From contig JAWLHK010000009.1 of assembly GCA_041690355.1 (NCBI GenBank), forward strand, positions 1 to 64,000: DNA of 64,000 bases, in the 5' to 3' direction. The first letter of the stretch is position 1. Each line of letters starts with the position of its first letter. The translations under genes were made by a program, and so were the position numbers. This document shows, one piece after another, positions 17,327-26,339 of this stretch. Source of the DNA: a bacterium. GTDB taxonomy: Bacteria; J088; JAWLBW01. The notes beneath the pieces were generated by a model. That model was not told where the DNA came from. It worked only from the letters and a program-made list of their open reading frames with translations, and did no database searches.

Positions 17327-17872
17327 TCAGGACGGCTCGTTGATCGGCGCCGCCGGCAGCACCTCGGTGCGCAGTTCATTCACGCGGTCCTGCAGACGTC
17401 GCAGGCTTACGACACGCCGGCGCATCCAGGACGCCGTCTCGTCCTCGAGACCACCGCCGGTCAACCGCTCTTCGAGCAGCTGCAGGTCGCGCGCGAGACT
17501 CACGCCGATGAATTCCAGATACTCCCGGTCGAGCGGCTGGGGACGCCGCTCCGACAGGCGCGCGATCTCATCCTGCGCTTCGGGCCGCAGCAGCGTATCG
17601 GGCAGGCTGAACCCCTCTGCGCCGGCCAGGCGCTCGATCTCGTCGAGGGCTTCACGGTGATCGCGCACGAGATCTTCAGACAGTCCGTCGATCTGCGGGT
17701 TCTCATTGCGGATATGGCCGATCATCGAAGCGTCGATCCGCTCCTGCAGACCACGGGCGGCCTCGGTGAGAAACTCGCGATCGGCCTGCGCAAAGGCGGC
17801 TCCGCTCCAGACGAGCAGCGAAAGGGCAAGCGTGCCCCGTAGCAGAGCGCTGATAAGCTTCACCTGTGTCAT
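17327..17872 (-). CDS. Secreted helical protein, DUF4142-like
   Basis: Signal peptide then QADREFLTEAA...LVRDH...LDREYL pattern. Confidence 0.6.
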   Translation of the reverse strand: MTQVKLISALLRGTLALSLLVWSGAAFAQADREFLTEAARGLQERIDASMIGHIRNENPQIDGLSEDLVRDHREALDEIERLAGAEGFSLPDTLLRPEAQDEIARLSERRPQPLDREYLEFIGVSLARDLQLLEERLTGGGLEDETASWMRRRVVSLRRLQDRVNELRTEVLPAAPINEPS

Positions 17873-18075
17873 GGCTGCGCCTCCTCTCCCGCAGGTCCCT
17901 CGGCCTCTTCGCCCATCCAGTCGGGCGCCCCCGAAGACTCCGATCCGCTGCCGGTACCCGGAGAGTCACCCTCCATCGGACCGCGCTCTTCTTCGACCAC
18001 CCCGGGGGGCTCCCGGTCACATGCGACTGCGCCTGCGCCCAGGCCGACGAGGCATGCAAGAATCCATGTTTTCAT
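17869..18075 (-). CDS. Small acidic lipoprotein
   Basis: MKTWILACLVGLGAGAVAC lipobox; stop overlaps the next start. Confidence 0.6.
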   Translation of the reverse strand: MKTWILACLVGLGAGAVACDREPPGVVEEERGPMEGDSPGTGSGSESSGAPDWMGEEAEGPAGEEAQP

Positions 18076-18185
18076 GAATCCAGCCTGCGCTACGCGCAGC
18101 CGGCCCGGAAGGGTCGCGGGTGAAGAAGAAAGCACCCCGGGGAGCAGCATTGTCAGCGATTGATTAGATGCACAGATTGGATGAC

Positions 18186-18446
18186 TCAAGGACGGCGTGA
18201 CGGCGACCGTTGGCCTGCGAGCAGTCCTGCGATGCTCAGGTCTTCATCGACCTGCGGCCAGCGAATCCCTTCGCCATCTCCAAGAAGTTCCCACTGCGCA
18301 CGCTGTACAGGGGTGGCATCGGCCAGGCGCGGATACCATGCGAGCGGAACGGCTATACGCCGCCCATCCAGAAGTGAAACGACGATCTCGTCAACGGTGA
18401 CCTCGACCTCTTTGGCGCGTGGCCCCTCAACGGTAGAAGAACTCAT
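18186..18446 (-). CDS. DUF2442 domain protein (putative antitoxin)
   Basis: LLDGRRIAVPLAWYPRLADAT...GEGIRWPQVDEDLSIAGLL. Confidence 0.9.
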   Translation of the reverse strand: MSSSTVEGPRAKEVEVTVDEIVVSLLDGRRIAVPLAWYPRLADATPVQRAQWELLGDGEGIRWPQVDEDLSIAGLLAGQRSPSRRP

Positions 18447-18663
18447 TCCAAGCCTGCTCGAAGCGTCCGCGATTCACACGGACGTGGTTTCGAATCTCAT
18501 TCAATTCCTGTGCAGAAAAGCGGCTGGACGATGCCAGTTCCAGGGAGCCCAGCCAGATCTTGGCAAGACTCCTGTCCCGCTGCACATGGACATGTGGCGG
18601 CTCGCTTCCTTCGTTGCTGTAAAAGAAAAAACGATAAGGTCCGATAACCGCCACTGTCGGCAC
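18427..18663 (-). CDS. DUF4160 domain protein (putative toxin)
   Basis: PTVAVIGPYRFFFYSNEGSEPPHVHV...AKIWL...WNEFF; GTG start. Confidence 0.9.
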   Translation of the reverse strand: MPTVAVIGPYRFFFYSNEGSEPPHVHVQRDRSLAKIWLGSLELASSSRFSAQELNEIRNHVRVNRGRFEQAWNEFFYR

Positions 18664-18709
18664 AGGTCCATCATACCCTTTTCGTTCCAAGGAATGAGTA
18701 GAAATCTGT

Positions 18710-19141
18710 TCAGGCCAGCGGATTCACGACTTCGACCCAGGGAAAGCGGTGGAAGTCCATGTCGTTCGTGTAGATCCGGCGGATACCGTGTTCGCGCATG
18801 AGAACGGCCGTGTGCATATCGAACATCTTGTTCCCCGCCACGAGCGGAACCTCGGCGATCGACTGCGCAAGCAGCGGGGCATGCCGTTCCGTATGCGTGA
18901 GGATCTGCAGGGACGGCGATGCCTGCAGGGCCTGGAGGAACTCGTTCGCCTGTGACGCCGTCCACGGCCGTACCTTGACGCGCGCGTGGGTCGAGACGCG
19001 CAGGAACTCGTAGAGAATGTTCCACCCCAGCGCCCACGGTTCGTTTCCGGCCCGCAGACGCTCGAGGAGCGCATAGGCCTTGGCATGCTCGGGAACAGAG
19101 GAATCTGCGGCGTAGAGCAGGATGTTCGTGTCGACGACCAT
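18710..19141 (-). CDS. vapC: VapC PIN-domain ribonuclease toxin
   Basis: VVDTNILLYA, EFLRVSTH, GNKMFD, IYTNDMDF. Confidence 0.92.
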   Translation of the reverse strand: MVVDTNILLYAADSSVPEHAKAYALLERLRAGNEPWALGWNILYEFLRVSTHARVKVRPWTASQANEFLQALQASPSLQILTHTERHAPLLAQSIAEVPLVAGNKMFDMHTAVLMREHGIRRIYTNDMDFHRFPWVEVVNPLA

Positions 19142-19143
19142 GC

Positions 19144-19380
19144 TCAGTCGCCGCGGTCGAGCACGTCGTAGAGCGCATCGCGGTTCGCGACGTCGACGAG
19201 AAAGCCCCCTTGGTCGCCGGCCGGCAGGGGGGGCAGTGGTGTCTGGAGACTGATCGGTTCGCTGAGGTAGCGCGCCACGGCTTCTTCGACGATCGAAGAG
19301 ATCGACCGGTGATCGGCAGTCGCCTTTTCACGTAACCGCTGCAGAGTTACCTCAGGGAGAACCAACGTTGTCTTCTTCAT
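19144..19380 (-). CDS. vapB: VapB ribbon-helix-helix antitoxin
   Basis: MKKTTLVLPE...SISSIVEEAV; C-terminal VDVANRDALYDVLD; directly upstream of vapC. Confidence 0.85.
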   Translation of the reverse strand: MKKTTLVLPEVTLQRLREKATADHRSISSIVEEAVARYLSEPISLQTPLPPLPAGDQGGFLVDVANRDALYDVLDRGD

Positions 19381-19488
19381 ACGTACCACCATATCATAGG
19401 TACGGCTGTATGGCAACCAAGGCTGTCCGGGCATGAAAGGCCCCCTCATGCGTGTTACGATGACCCACTTGGTTCCCCCGGGAGGCCC

Positions 19489-19953
19489 ATGGAAGTCGCT
19501 CTGAATACCGTCGTCACCCTCAATTTCCGCCTCACGGATGTCGACGGGAACATTCTGGACCAGTCGCAGGACGGAACCTTTCAGTACCTGCACGGCCACG
19601 GGCGGATTCTCCCGGGTCTCGAGCGCGCACTCGAGGGAAAACGGGCCGGCGACAACGTGGATGTCGAGCTCCCCCCGAACCAGGGGTTCGGCGAACGGGA
19701 TGAGAACCTGACGGAGATCGCGCCGCGCAAGATTTTCAAGGACCTCGACGTCAAGCCGGGGATGAAGTTCCAGGCGCGCGACAAAAGCGGCCGCTTCGTC
19801 CCTCTGCACGTCGTGCGCGTCGACGGAGATGACATCCATGTCGACGCGAATCATCCGCTCGCCGGCATGACCCTCTACTTCAGCATCGACGTCCTGGACG
19901 TGCGCGAGCCCACCGAAGCCGAACTCGGCCACTGGCCTGCGGCCGATTCCTGA
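19489..19953 (+). CDS. slyD: FKBP-type peptidyl-prolyl isomerase, SlyD-like
   Basis: YLHGHGRILPGLERAL, VDANHPLAGMTL; GGAGG SD. Confidence 0.9.
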   Translation: MEVALNTVVTLNFRLTDVDGNILDQSQDGTFQYLHGHGRILPGLERALEGKRAGDNVDVELPPNQGFGERDENLTEIAPRKIFKDLDVKPGMKFQARDKSGRFVPLHVVRVDGDDIHVDANHPLAGMTLYFSIDVLDVREPTEAELGHWPAADS

Positions 19954-19994
19954 TGCCTGATTCTTGATTCCTGAGCCGGAACAAGGGGGGCTCC

Positions 19995-20256
19995 AGTCCT
20001 TGCCGGCAATCGTCAATCGTAAATCGTAAATCGTCAATGGAAGTGCGCCCCCTCGCTGTCACGCTCCATTCCCTTTCGCGCGGTCAGCTCGGGACGAACG
20101 GAAGTCCTTGCCGGCAAATCGTCAATCGTAAATCGTCAATCGTCAATGGAAGTGCGCCCCCTCGCCGTCGCGCTCCATTCCCTTTCGCGCGGTCAGCTCG
20201 GGACGAACGGAAGCCCTTGCCGGCAAATCGTCAATTGTAAATCGTCAATCGTCAAT
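19995..20256. repeat. 109-bp tandem composite repeat (about 2.4 copies) containing AATCGT(C/A) heptamer blocks
   Basis: atggaagtgcgcccc at 20037 and 20146; three blocks of ccttgccggcaa plus four heptamers. Confidence 0.95.
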
Positions 20257-20318
20257 TCGCGTTGCTCGTCACTTATTGTCCCGCTTGTTAAGATGTTGCA
20301 CGCCTTTCTGACGTGTAA

Positions 20319-21848
20319 ATGCTTTTCGTATCGCCGGTTTTTCTCTTCCTGTTTCTCCCGCTGACGCTCGCGGGGTTCATCCTTCTCGGACGCCGCTTCG
20401 GTGCGCGCGCGGCCACCCGCTGGCTTTTATTCGCCTCGCTCTTCTATTACGGCTGGTGGCGGCCCGAGTACCTGCTGCTCATCGTCGCCTCGATGGCCTT
20501 CAACTTCGCGGTCGGCACCCGCCTTGCGCGGAGCCCCTCCCGGCTGCTGCTCGGGCTCGGCGTCGGGGGAAATCTGCTGGCGCTCGGCTACTACAAGTAC
20601 GCCGGGTTCGCGGCCGAGAGCCTCAACTGGGCGCTCGATCTCCGGCTGCCCGTTCCCGAAATCGTGCTCCCGCTGGCCATCTCCTTCTTTACCTTCCAGC
20701 AGATCGCCTATCTGGTCGATGCGCATCGAGGCACGGTGCCGCCGCAGCAGCCCGGGCATTACGCGCTCTTCATCAGTTTCTTTCCGCAGCTCATCGCCGG
20801 TCCTATCGTCCACCACAAGGAGATGATGCCGCAGTTCGAGCGGCCCGACCTGCTGAAGCTCTCTGCCGAACGGGTGACACTCGGGCTGACCATGTTCTTT
20901 CTGGGCATGGGCAAGAAGCTGCTGCTCGCCGACAACGTCGCGCCCTATGCCAACGACGTCTTCGGCGCGGTCGAGAACGGTACCGCCATCGGTGCCGTCG
21001 AAGCCTGGATCGGCACGCTCGCCTATACGCTGCAGCTCTACTTCGACTTTTCGGGCTACTGCGACATGGCCATCGGGGCCGCCTTTCTTTTCGGGATCCG
21101 GCTGCCGATCAATTTTGATTCCCCTTACCAGGCTGGGAACATCATCGACTTCTGGCGCCGCTGGCACATCACGCTCTCCCGCTTTCTGCGCGATTACCTC
21201 TACATTCCCCTCGGGGGGAACCGGTATGGCCGCGCGCGGCGCCACCTCAATCTCTTTCTGACCATGCTGCTCGGCGGCCTCTGGCACGGGGCCTCCTGGG
21301 CCTTCGTGCTCTGGGGCGCCCTGCACGGCCTCTACCTGGTCATCAATCACGGCTGGCGCGCGATCCGCGGCTCGGCACGGGTGAGCCGCGCGGAACTGCT
21401 GGTGGCCCGCGGTCTCACGTTCGCGGCCGTCGTGCTCGCCTGGGTCCCCTTTCGCGCCGCGAACTTGAAGGACACGTGGGCCATGTGGGGCGCGCTCTTC
21501 GGCGTCAACGGCATTCGGCTGCCCACGGAGTTCGCAACCAAGCTCGCGGTGCTGCAGCCCCTGTTTGCCCCACTCGACGTGCGGTTCGTTCACCAGCTCG
21601 CCATCCCGGGCGTGAAGGTCCCCGTCCTGCTGCTTGCCGCTCTCCTGATCATCGTCTTGATCCTGCCGAACAGTCACCGGCTGCTCGGCAGTACCGGACC
21701 GCTCTTCTCGCCCCGAAGTGCACACGCGCAGCCTCGCCCCCTGCGCTGGGCGCCGACCGGCGCCTGGGGAGCCGCCATCGGCGTGGTCGCGTTGCTGAGC
21801 ATCCTCTCCCTCAACCGCATCAGCGATTTTCTCTACTTCCGCTTCTGA
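20319..21848 (+). CDS. algI: MBOAT O-acyltransferase, AlgI/DltB family
   Basis: LPLAISFFTFQQIAYLVD, FPQLIAGPI, YFDFSGYCDMAIG, FWRRWHITLS, GLWHGA. Confidence 0.93.
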   Translation: MLFVSPVFLFLFLPLTLAGFILLGRRFGARAATRWLLFASLFYYGWWRPEYLLLIVASMAFNFAVGTRLARSPSRLLLGLGVGGNLLALGYYKYAGFAAESLNWALDLRLPVPEIVLPLAISFFTFQQIAYLVDAHRGTVPPQQPGHYALFISFFPQLIAGPIVHHKEMMPQFERPDLLKLSAERVTLGLTMFFLGMGKKLLLADNVAPYANDVFGAVENGTAIGAVEAWIGTLAYTLQLYFDFSGYCDMAIGAAFLFGIRLPINFDSPYQAGNIIDFWRRWHITLSRFLRDYLYIPLGGNRYGRARRHLNLFLTMLLGGLWHGASWAFVLWGALHGLYLVINHGWRAIRGSARVSRAELLVARGLTFAAVVLAWVPFRAANLKDTWAMWGALFGVNGIRLPTEFATKLAVLQPLFAPLDVRFVHQLAIPGVKVPVLLLAALLIIVLILPNSHRLLGSTGPLFSPRSAHAQPRPLRWAPTGAWGAAIGVVALLSILSLNRISDFLYFRF

Positions 21849-21852
21849 GGCC

Positions 21853-23115
21853 ATGTACAGCCAACCGCACACCCGCTTCTGGACCGGTTTCGGCCTCGCC
21901 TTCGGCGGACTTCTGCTCGCCGTCGTCGCGTTCAACGCCTGGGTCGATCCGTACGGCCTCTACCGGCGCTCGGCGCACCCCGCCGGAACCACCGAGAACT
22001 TCAAGCGGGTACGGCTCTGGAAGACCGAAACCGTGCGGCGCCTCCAACCCCGGGCTGTCGTGCTCGGAACGTCCCGCGCCGATTTCGCATTCGACCCGGC
22101 GCATCCCGGCTGGTCGGCGCAACCCGTATTCAACTTCTCGGTTCCGGGCGCGAGCGGATACGAAATCCGCCGCGCCTTCGAGTTTGCCGACGAAGTCGGC
22201 GACCTGCGGCAGGCCCTGCTCGTACTCGACTACGGACCCTTTCTGGTGGACGGTGCTGACGCGGATTTCGTCACAGAACGCCTCCAGCTCGATCCCCCGC
22301 TCACCGTACGGGCCGCTGATCTGTACGGAACGCTCTTCGGCATCGATGCCGTGCTCGACGGCCTCGGTCTGCTGCTCGGTTGGCGCTCGTGGGACGGCGC
22401 GATTCCTTACCACGCGACCGGCTTGCGCAGTGACGCCCTGCTCGTCGACAAAGTTCTCGAAGCGGGCGGTCATCATGCCCGATTCCTCGCGCGCACGGGG
22501 CGGGCCATCGAACCGCACCGCCGCATGGCTCACCTGGAGCGTTGGGCGTATCCTGATTACCGCGCACTGCTCGAACGCGCCCATACCGAGGAGATCGACC
22601 TTCGCATCGTACTGTCGCCGCGGCACGTCTGGTCTCTGCTGCAGATCGACCTCGCCGGCGAATGGGATGCGTTCGTCCGCTGGAAAACCGACCTCGTTCG
22701 CATTAATGAAGAAGTGGCCGCGGCCCATGGAAGAGCGCCCTTCCCGCTCTGGGATTTCTACAAGGTGCACCCATTCACGACCGAGCCAATTCCGGCCGCC
22801 GGCGACGCGAAGACCACCATGCGCTGGCATGTCGAGTCTTCGCACTTCCGCACCGAGCTCGGAAACCGCGTTCTCGACCGGGTCTTCGGCTACGTCGATG
22901 CAGATCATCCTGCCGATCCGTCCTTCGGCGTGCTGCTTGCATCGGCTGACGTGAAGGCCGGCGCCGAGGCCGATCATGCCGCGGTGCGCGCGTATTGCGG
23001 TCGGTTCCTTGCAGACTGCGAGGAACTCCGCGCTCTCATCCTCCGGGGCACGGACGGCATCCCGGGAGCGCCGGTTGCCGGTGCGGCTTCGCCGCCGCCC
23101 GACGAAGGATTCTAG
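21853..23115 (+). CDS. Membrane-anchored partner of the MBOAT (AlgJ/DltD-like, SGNH-type)
   Basis: N-terminal TM then VDPYG, VVLGTSRA, late ESSHF motif; 4 nt after the MBOAT stop. Confidence 0.7.
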   Translation: MYSQPHTRFWTGFGLAFGGLLLAVVAFNAWVDPYGLYRRSAHPAGTTENFKRVRLWKTETVRRLQPRAVVLGTSRADFAFDPAHPGWSAQPVFNFSVPGASGYEIRRAFEFADEVGDLRQALLVLDYGPFLVDGADADFVTERLQLDPPLTVRAADLYGTLFGIDAVLDGLGLLLGWRSWDGAIPYHATGLRSDALLVDKVLEAGGHHARFLARTGRAIEPHRRMAHLERWAYPDYRALLERAHTEEIDLRIVLSPRHVWSLLQIDLAGEWDAFVRWKTDLVRINEEVAAAHGRAPFPLWDFYKVHPFTTEPIPAAGDAKTTMRWHVESSHFRTELGNRVLDRVFGYVDADHPADPSFGVLLASADVKAGAEADHAAVRAYCGRFLADCEELRALILRGTDGIPGAPVAGAASPPPDEGF

Positions 23116-23258
23116 CGGGCGTAAAATTGAAGACCGGCGACATTCACGCCGGTCGCCCGCCGTTCCCCACCTCTCGCGACGGCGTGGAAATCCGCCTACG
23201 ATAAGGCAGGTACCATCGTTCCGCGCGCGACGTTCCCCTTCATCGTTCGGAGTCCCGC

Positions 23259-25025
23259 ATGCCGAGCCCCGTCCTGCCCGCCATCGTACTCGCCAGCTCC
23301 AACGACGAGACTCGCACGTTTCTCGGCGGCATGCTCGAGCGGCGATTTGGAGCCGATTACAGCATCGCGCTTGCCGACAGCGCCGCCGACGTCATTCGCC
23401 GGCTGGTCGGCTACCGGGACGCCCGGAAGCCGGTGGCGCTGGTGATCTGCAGTTCGTTTCTCGAAGGGAGCAACGGCATCGAAATGCTCTCCGAGGTGCA
23501 CTCGATTCACCCGCACGCCGGCCGGATTCTGCTCACGCGCTGGGGCGACCGCGAAGCCGCCAAGATCATCCTCCAGGCCATGACGCTCGGGCGCGTCGAC
23601 GATGCCGTCTATGTGCCGACGACCAGCCCCGACGAGGCTTTCTACCGGCGGCTCACCGAGCATCTCGAAGAGTGGAGCCAGGAGCAGGGGCCGCACCTCG
23701 AGATTCTGCGCATCGTCGACCATGCGCGCTCCCGCCGCGGACACGAGCTGCGCGAAGGCCTCGAGCGCAACCGGGTTCCCTTTCGATTCATCCGCGCCGA
23801 CGACGACGAGGGGCGGTCACTCACCGCGACCCACGGCGCCGATGCGCTGCCGCTCGTGCTGCTCGCCGACGGCCGCGTGCTGCGCAACCCGAGCAACCTT
23901 GCCATCGCCGAGGCCCTCGAGGTGAATTCGACGATTCAGAACGACATCCTCGACTATGCCGTCGTGGGGGCCGGGCCGGCCGGCCTGGCGACCGCAGTCT
24001 ACGCGGCGTCCGAGGGAATGCGCACCCTGGTCATCGAGCCCTGGACCCTCGGGGGGCAGGCGGGGGCCAGCTCGCGCATCCGTAATTATCCCGGTTTTCC
24101 CCGCGGCATTTCCGGTGCCGACCTTGCCGACCGGTTCTACCAGCAGGCCTGGTTCTTCGGCGCAGGGTTCATCTTCGCCCAGCACGTCCGGCGCCTTGAA
24201 GCGGGCGACGACTGCTACGAGCTGACCATCGACGACGGCCGCGTGGTGCGCGCCCGGGGCGTCGTGCTCGCCTGTGGCGTCGCCTACCGTCCGCTCGGCA
24301 TTCCGAATGTCGAACGGTTCAACGGCGCGGGGGTCTTCTACGGCGCGGCGACGACCGAAGCGCGCGCCCTCGAGGGTACCCGGGTCTGCGTCGCCGGCGG
24401 CGGAAATTCAGCCGGGCAGGCCGTCGTGCATCTGGCGAAGTTCGCCACGCACGTCGATCTGCTGGTGCGCGGAACGGCCCTGACCGGCAACATGTCGCAG
24501 TATCTGATGCAGGAGCTCGAAGATCTCCCCAACGTGACCATCCGCTTCAACACCGAGGTGGTCGACGCCGTGGGCGACCAGGTACTCGAGGGACTCGTCC
24601 TGCACGACGGCATGACCGGCGAGACGCGCACCGAGCCGTCGGCGGCCCTGTTCGTCTTCATCGGTGCACAGCCGCATACGCGCTGGCTGAGCCCCGCGGT
24701 TCACTGCGACAAGCAGGGCTACATCCTGACCGGCACCGAACTGCTGCGCGATGGCGAGCCTCCCGAAGACTGGCCGCTGAAGCGGCGCCCGTTTCCCTTC
24801 GAGACGAACCTGCCTGGCGTGTTTGCCGTCGGCGACGTGCGCCACGGATCGATCAAGCGGGTCACTTCGGCGGTGGGCGAAGGGGCCATGGCCATCCCCT
24901 ACCTTCACGCATGGATCGCCGAAGTGAATGCGCGCCAGCGCCGCCGGGGCCCGCTCTCCCGGGGGGCGCGCGGCCTCGCGCACCCGCCGGCAGGCAGCGA
25001 AAGCGCCGGCTCGAGCCTGCACTGA
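23259..25025 (+). CDS. Receiver-like domain fused to thioredoxin-reductase-like flavoprotein
   Basis: GAGPAG, GGQAGASSRIRNYPGFP, GGGNSAGQ, FETNLPGVFAVGDVR; N-terminal receiver fold. Confidence 0.88.
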   Translation: MPSPVLPAIVLASSNDETRTFLGGMLERRFGADYSIALADSAADVIRRLVGYRDARKPVALVICSSFLEGSNGIEMLSEVHSIHPHAGRILLTRWGDREAAKIILQAMTLGRVDDAVYVPTTSPDEAFYRRLTEHLEEWSQEQGPHLEILRIVDHARSRRGHELREGLERNRVPFRFIRADDDEGRSLTATHGADALPLVLLADGRVLRNPSNLAIAEALEVNSTIQNDILDYAVVGAGPAGLATAVYAASEGMRTLVIEPWTLGGQAGASSRIRNYPGFPRGISGADLADRFYQQAWFFGAGFIFAQHVRRLEAGDDCYELTIDDGRVVRARGVVLACGVAYRPLGIPNVERFNGAGVFYGAATTEARALEGTRVCVAGGGNSAGQAVVHLAKFATHVDLLVRGTALTGNMSQYLMQELEDLPNVTIRFNTEVVDAVGDQVLEGLVLHDGMTGETRTEPSAALFVFIGAQPHTRWLSPAVHCDKQGYILTGTELLRDGEPPEDWPLKRRPFPFETNLPGVFAVGDVRHGSIKRVTSAVGEGAMAIPYLHAWIAEVNARQRRRGPLSRGARGLAHPPAGSESAGSSLH

Positions 25026-25081
25026 TCGTTGATGCGGCGCGTGGGGCGGCAGTCCCCACTCGTCTCCCCGCATTTGCTTTG

Positions 25082-25106
25082 CCGACGTCCGACGTCCGAC
25101 GTCCGA
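25082..25106. repeat. Heptamer array (CCGACGT) x3.5
   Basis: Abuts the acyl-CoA dehydrogenase stop codon. Confidence 0.7.
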
Positions 25107-26243
25107 TCAGAACCCGCTCATTTTGCCGATGATCTCGAGCATGATCTCATCGGCGCCGCCGCCGATGGTCATGATGCGCACATCGCGGTAGGCGCGGGCG
25201 ATCGGATACTCCTCGATATAACCGTTGCCCCCGTGCATCTGCAGGCACTGGTCGATGACGTCCTTGGCCATGCGCGCGCCACGCAGCTTGAGCATCGAGA
25301 TCTCGCGTGTGCAGTCTTCGCCCGCCTCGAGCTTGCGCACGCAATGGTACGCGAGGTGGCGCACCATCTCGACCTCAGACATCATCTCGGCCAGCCGGTG
25401 ACGCAGCACCTGCTTCGTGATCAGGGGCTTGCCGAATGCCTTGCGGTTCCGCAGATACTCGATCGTCTCGTCAATCGTTTCCTGGGCAAGAATGTAGGAT
25501 GAGGCCGCCGTCAGCCGCTCGTGCTGAAACTGCTGCATCTGATAGATGAAGCCCATCCCCTCTTCGCCGATCCGGTTCGCGGCCGGCACGACCACGTCCT
25601 CGAGCGCGAGCATGGCCGTATCGCTGCAGCGCCAGCCCATTTTCTTGAGCTTCTTGCTGACCGAAAAGCCCTTGCTCTTCGTGGGAACGACAAAGAGAGA
25701 GAACGAGTGATGGCCGGGCTCGTCGCTCGTGCGGGCAAGGAGCGTCACGTAATCGGCCTGCGCGCCGTTCGTGATGAAGGTCTTTGTTCCGTTGATGACG
25801 TACTCGTCGCCGACCCGGCGCGCCGTCGTGCGAATTCCGGCCACGTCAGATCCGGCATCCGGCTCGCTCACGCCGATGGCGAAGACCGCCTCGCCGGCCA
25901 GGGCGGGACGGAGGTATTTCTTCTTCAGCTCCTCAGAACCGAATTTGTGAATGGCCGGAGTCGCCATGTGGGTCTGCACGGTGATCGGAACGGCGACGCC
26001 CCCCGCCTTGATGTGCCCCATCTCTTCGAGAAAGACGAGATCGAACCAGTAGTCGAGCCCCTGACCGCCGAACGAAGGATCCATCGTGATCCCGAGAAAC
26101 CCGAGATCGCCCATCTTCTTGAGGATCCTGTGGGCCGGCCAGGCTTCGGCCTCTTCCCAGGCTTCAACGTTCGGATTGATTTCGCTGTCGATGAAATCGC
26201 GCAGATTGCGGCGGAACAGTTCGTGCTCGGCGGTGAAGTACAT
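25107..26243 (-). CDS. Acyl-CoA dehydrogenase
   Basis: IGVSEPDAGSDV, NGTKTFITNG, QMHGGNGYIEE, TIGGGADEIM. Confidence 0.94.
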   Translation of the reverse strand: MYFTAEHELFRRNLRDFIDSEINPNVEAWEEAEAWPAHRILKKMGDLGFLGITMDPSFGGQGLDYWFDLVFLEEMGHIKAGGVAVPITVQTHMATPAIHKFGSEELKKKYLRPALAGEAVFAIGVSEPDAGSDVAGIRTTARRVGDEYVINGTKTFITNGAQADYVTLLARTSDEPGHHSFSLFVVPTKSKGFSVSKKLKKMGWRCSDTAMLALEDVVVPAANRIGEEGMGFIYQMQQFQHERLTAASSYILAQETIDETIEYLRNRKAFGKPLITKQVLRHRLAEMMSEVEMVRHLAYHCVRKLEAGEDCTREISMLKLRGARMAKDVIDQCLQMHGGNGYIEEYPIARAYRDVRIMTIGGGADEIMLEIIGKMSGF

Positions 26244-26339
26244 CGGTAACTCCGGGGGGGGTAAAACAGATCCCGCATATTCTACCCTTGTCCTGCGCCG
26301 CGGTCGATCCGGACGCTGCGAGACCGCTACAATGAAAGA

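Noticed and set aside
19995..20256. CRISPR-like repeat-spacer appearance
   Set aside because: The two intervening segments are nearly identical, so it is a tandem repeat; no cas genes in the window
20037..20364. Duplicated small ORFs MEVRPLAV... and ORFs reading VTRHSSL or IYDLRLT
   Set aside because: These are translations of the DNA repeats, with no independent coding evidence
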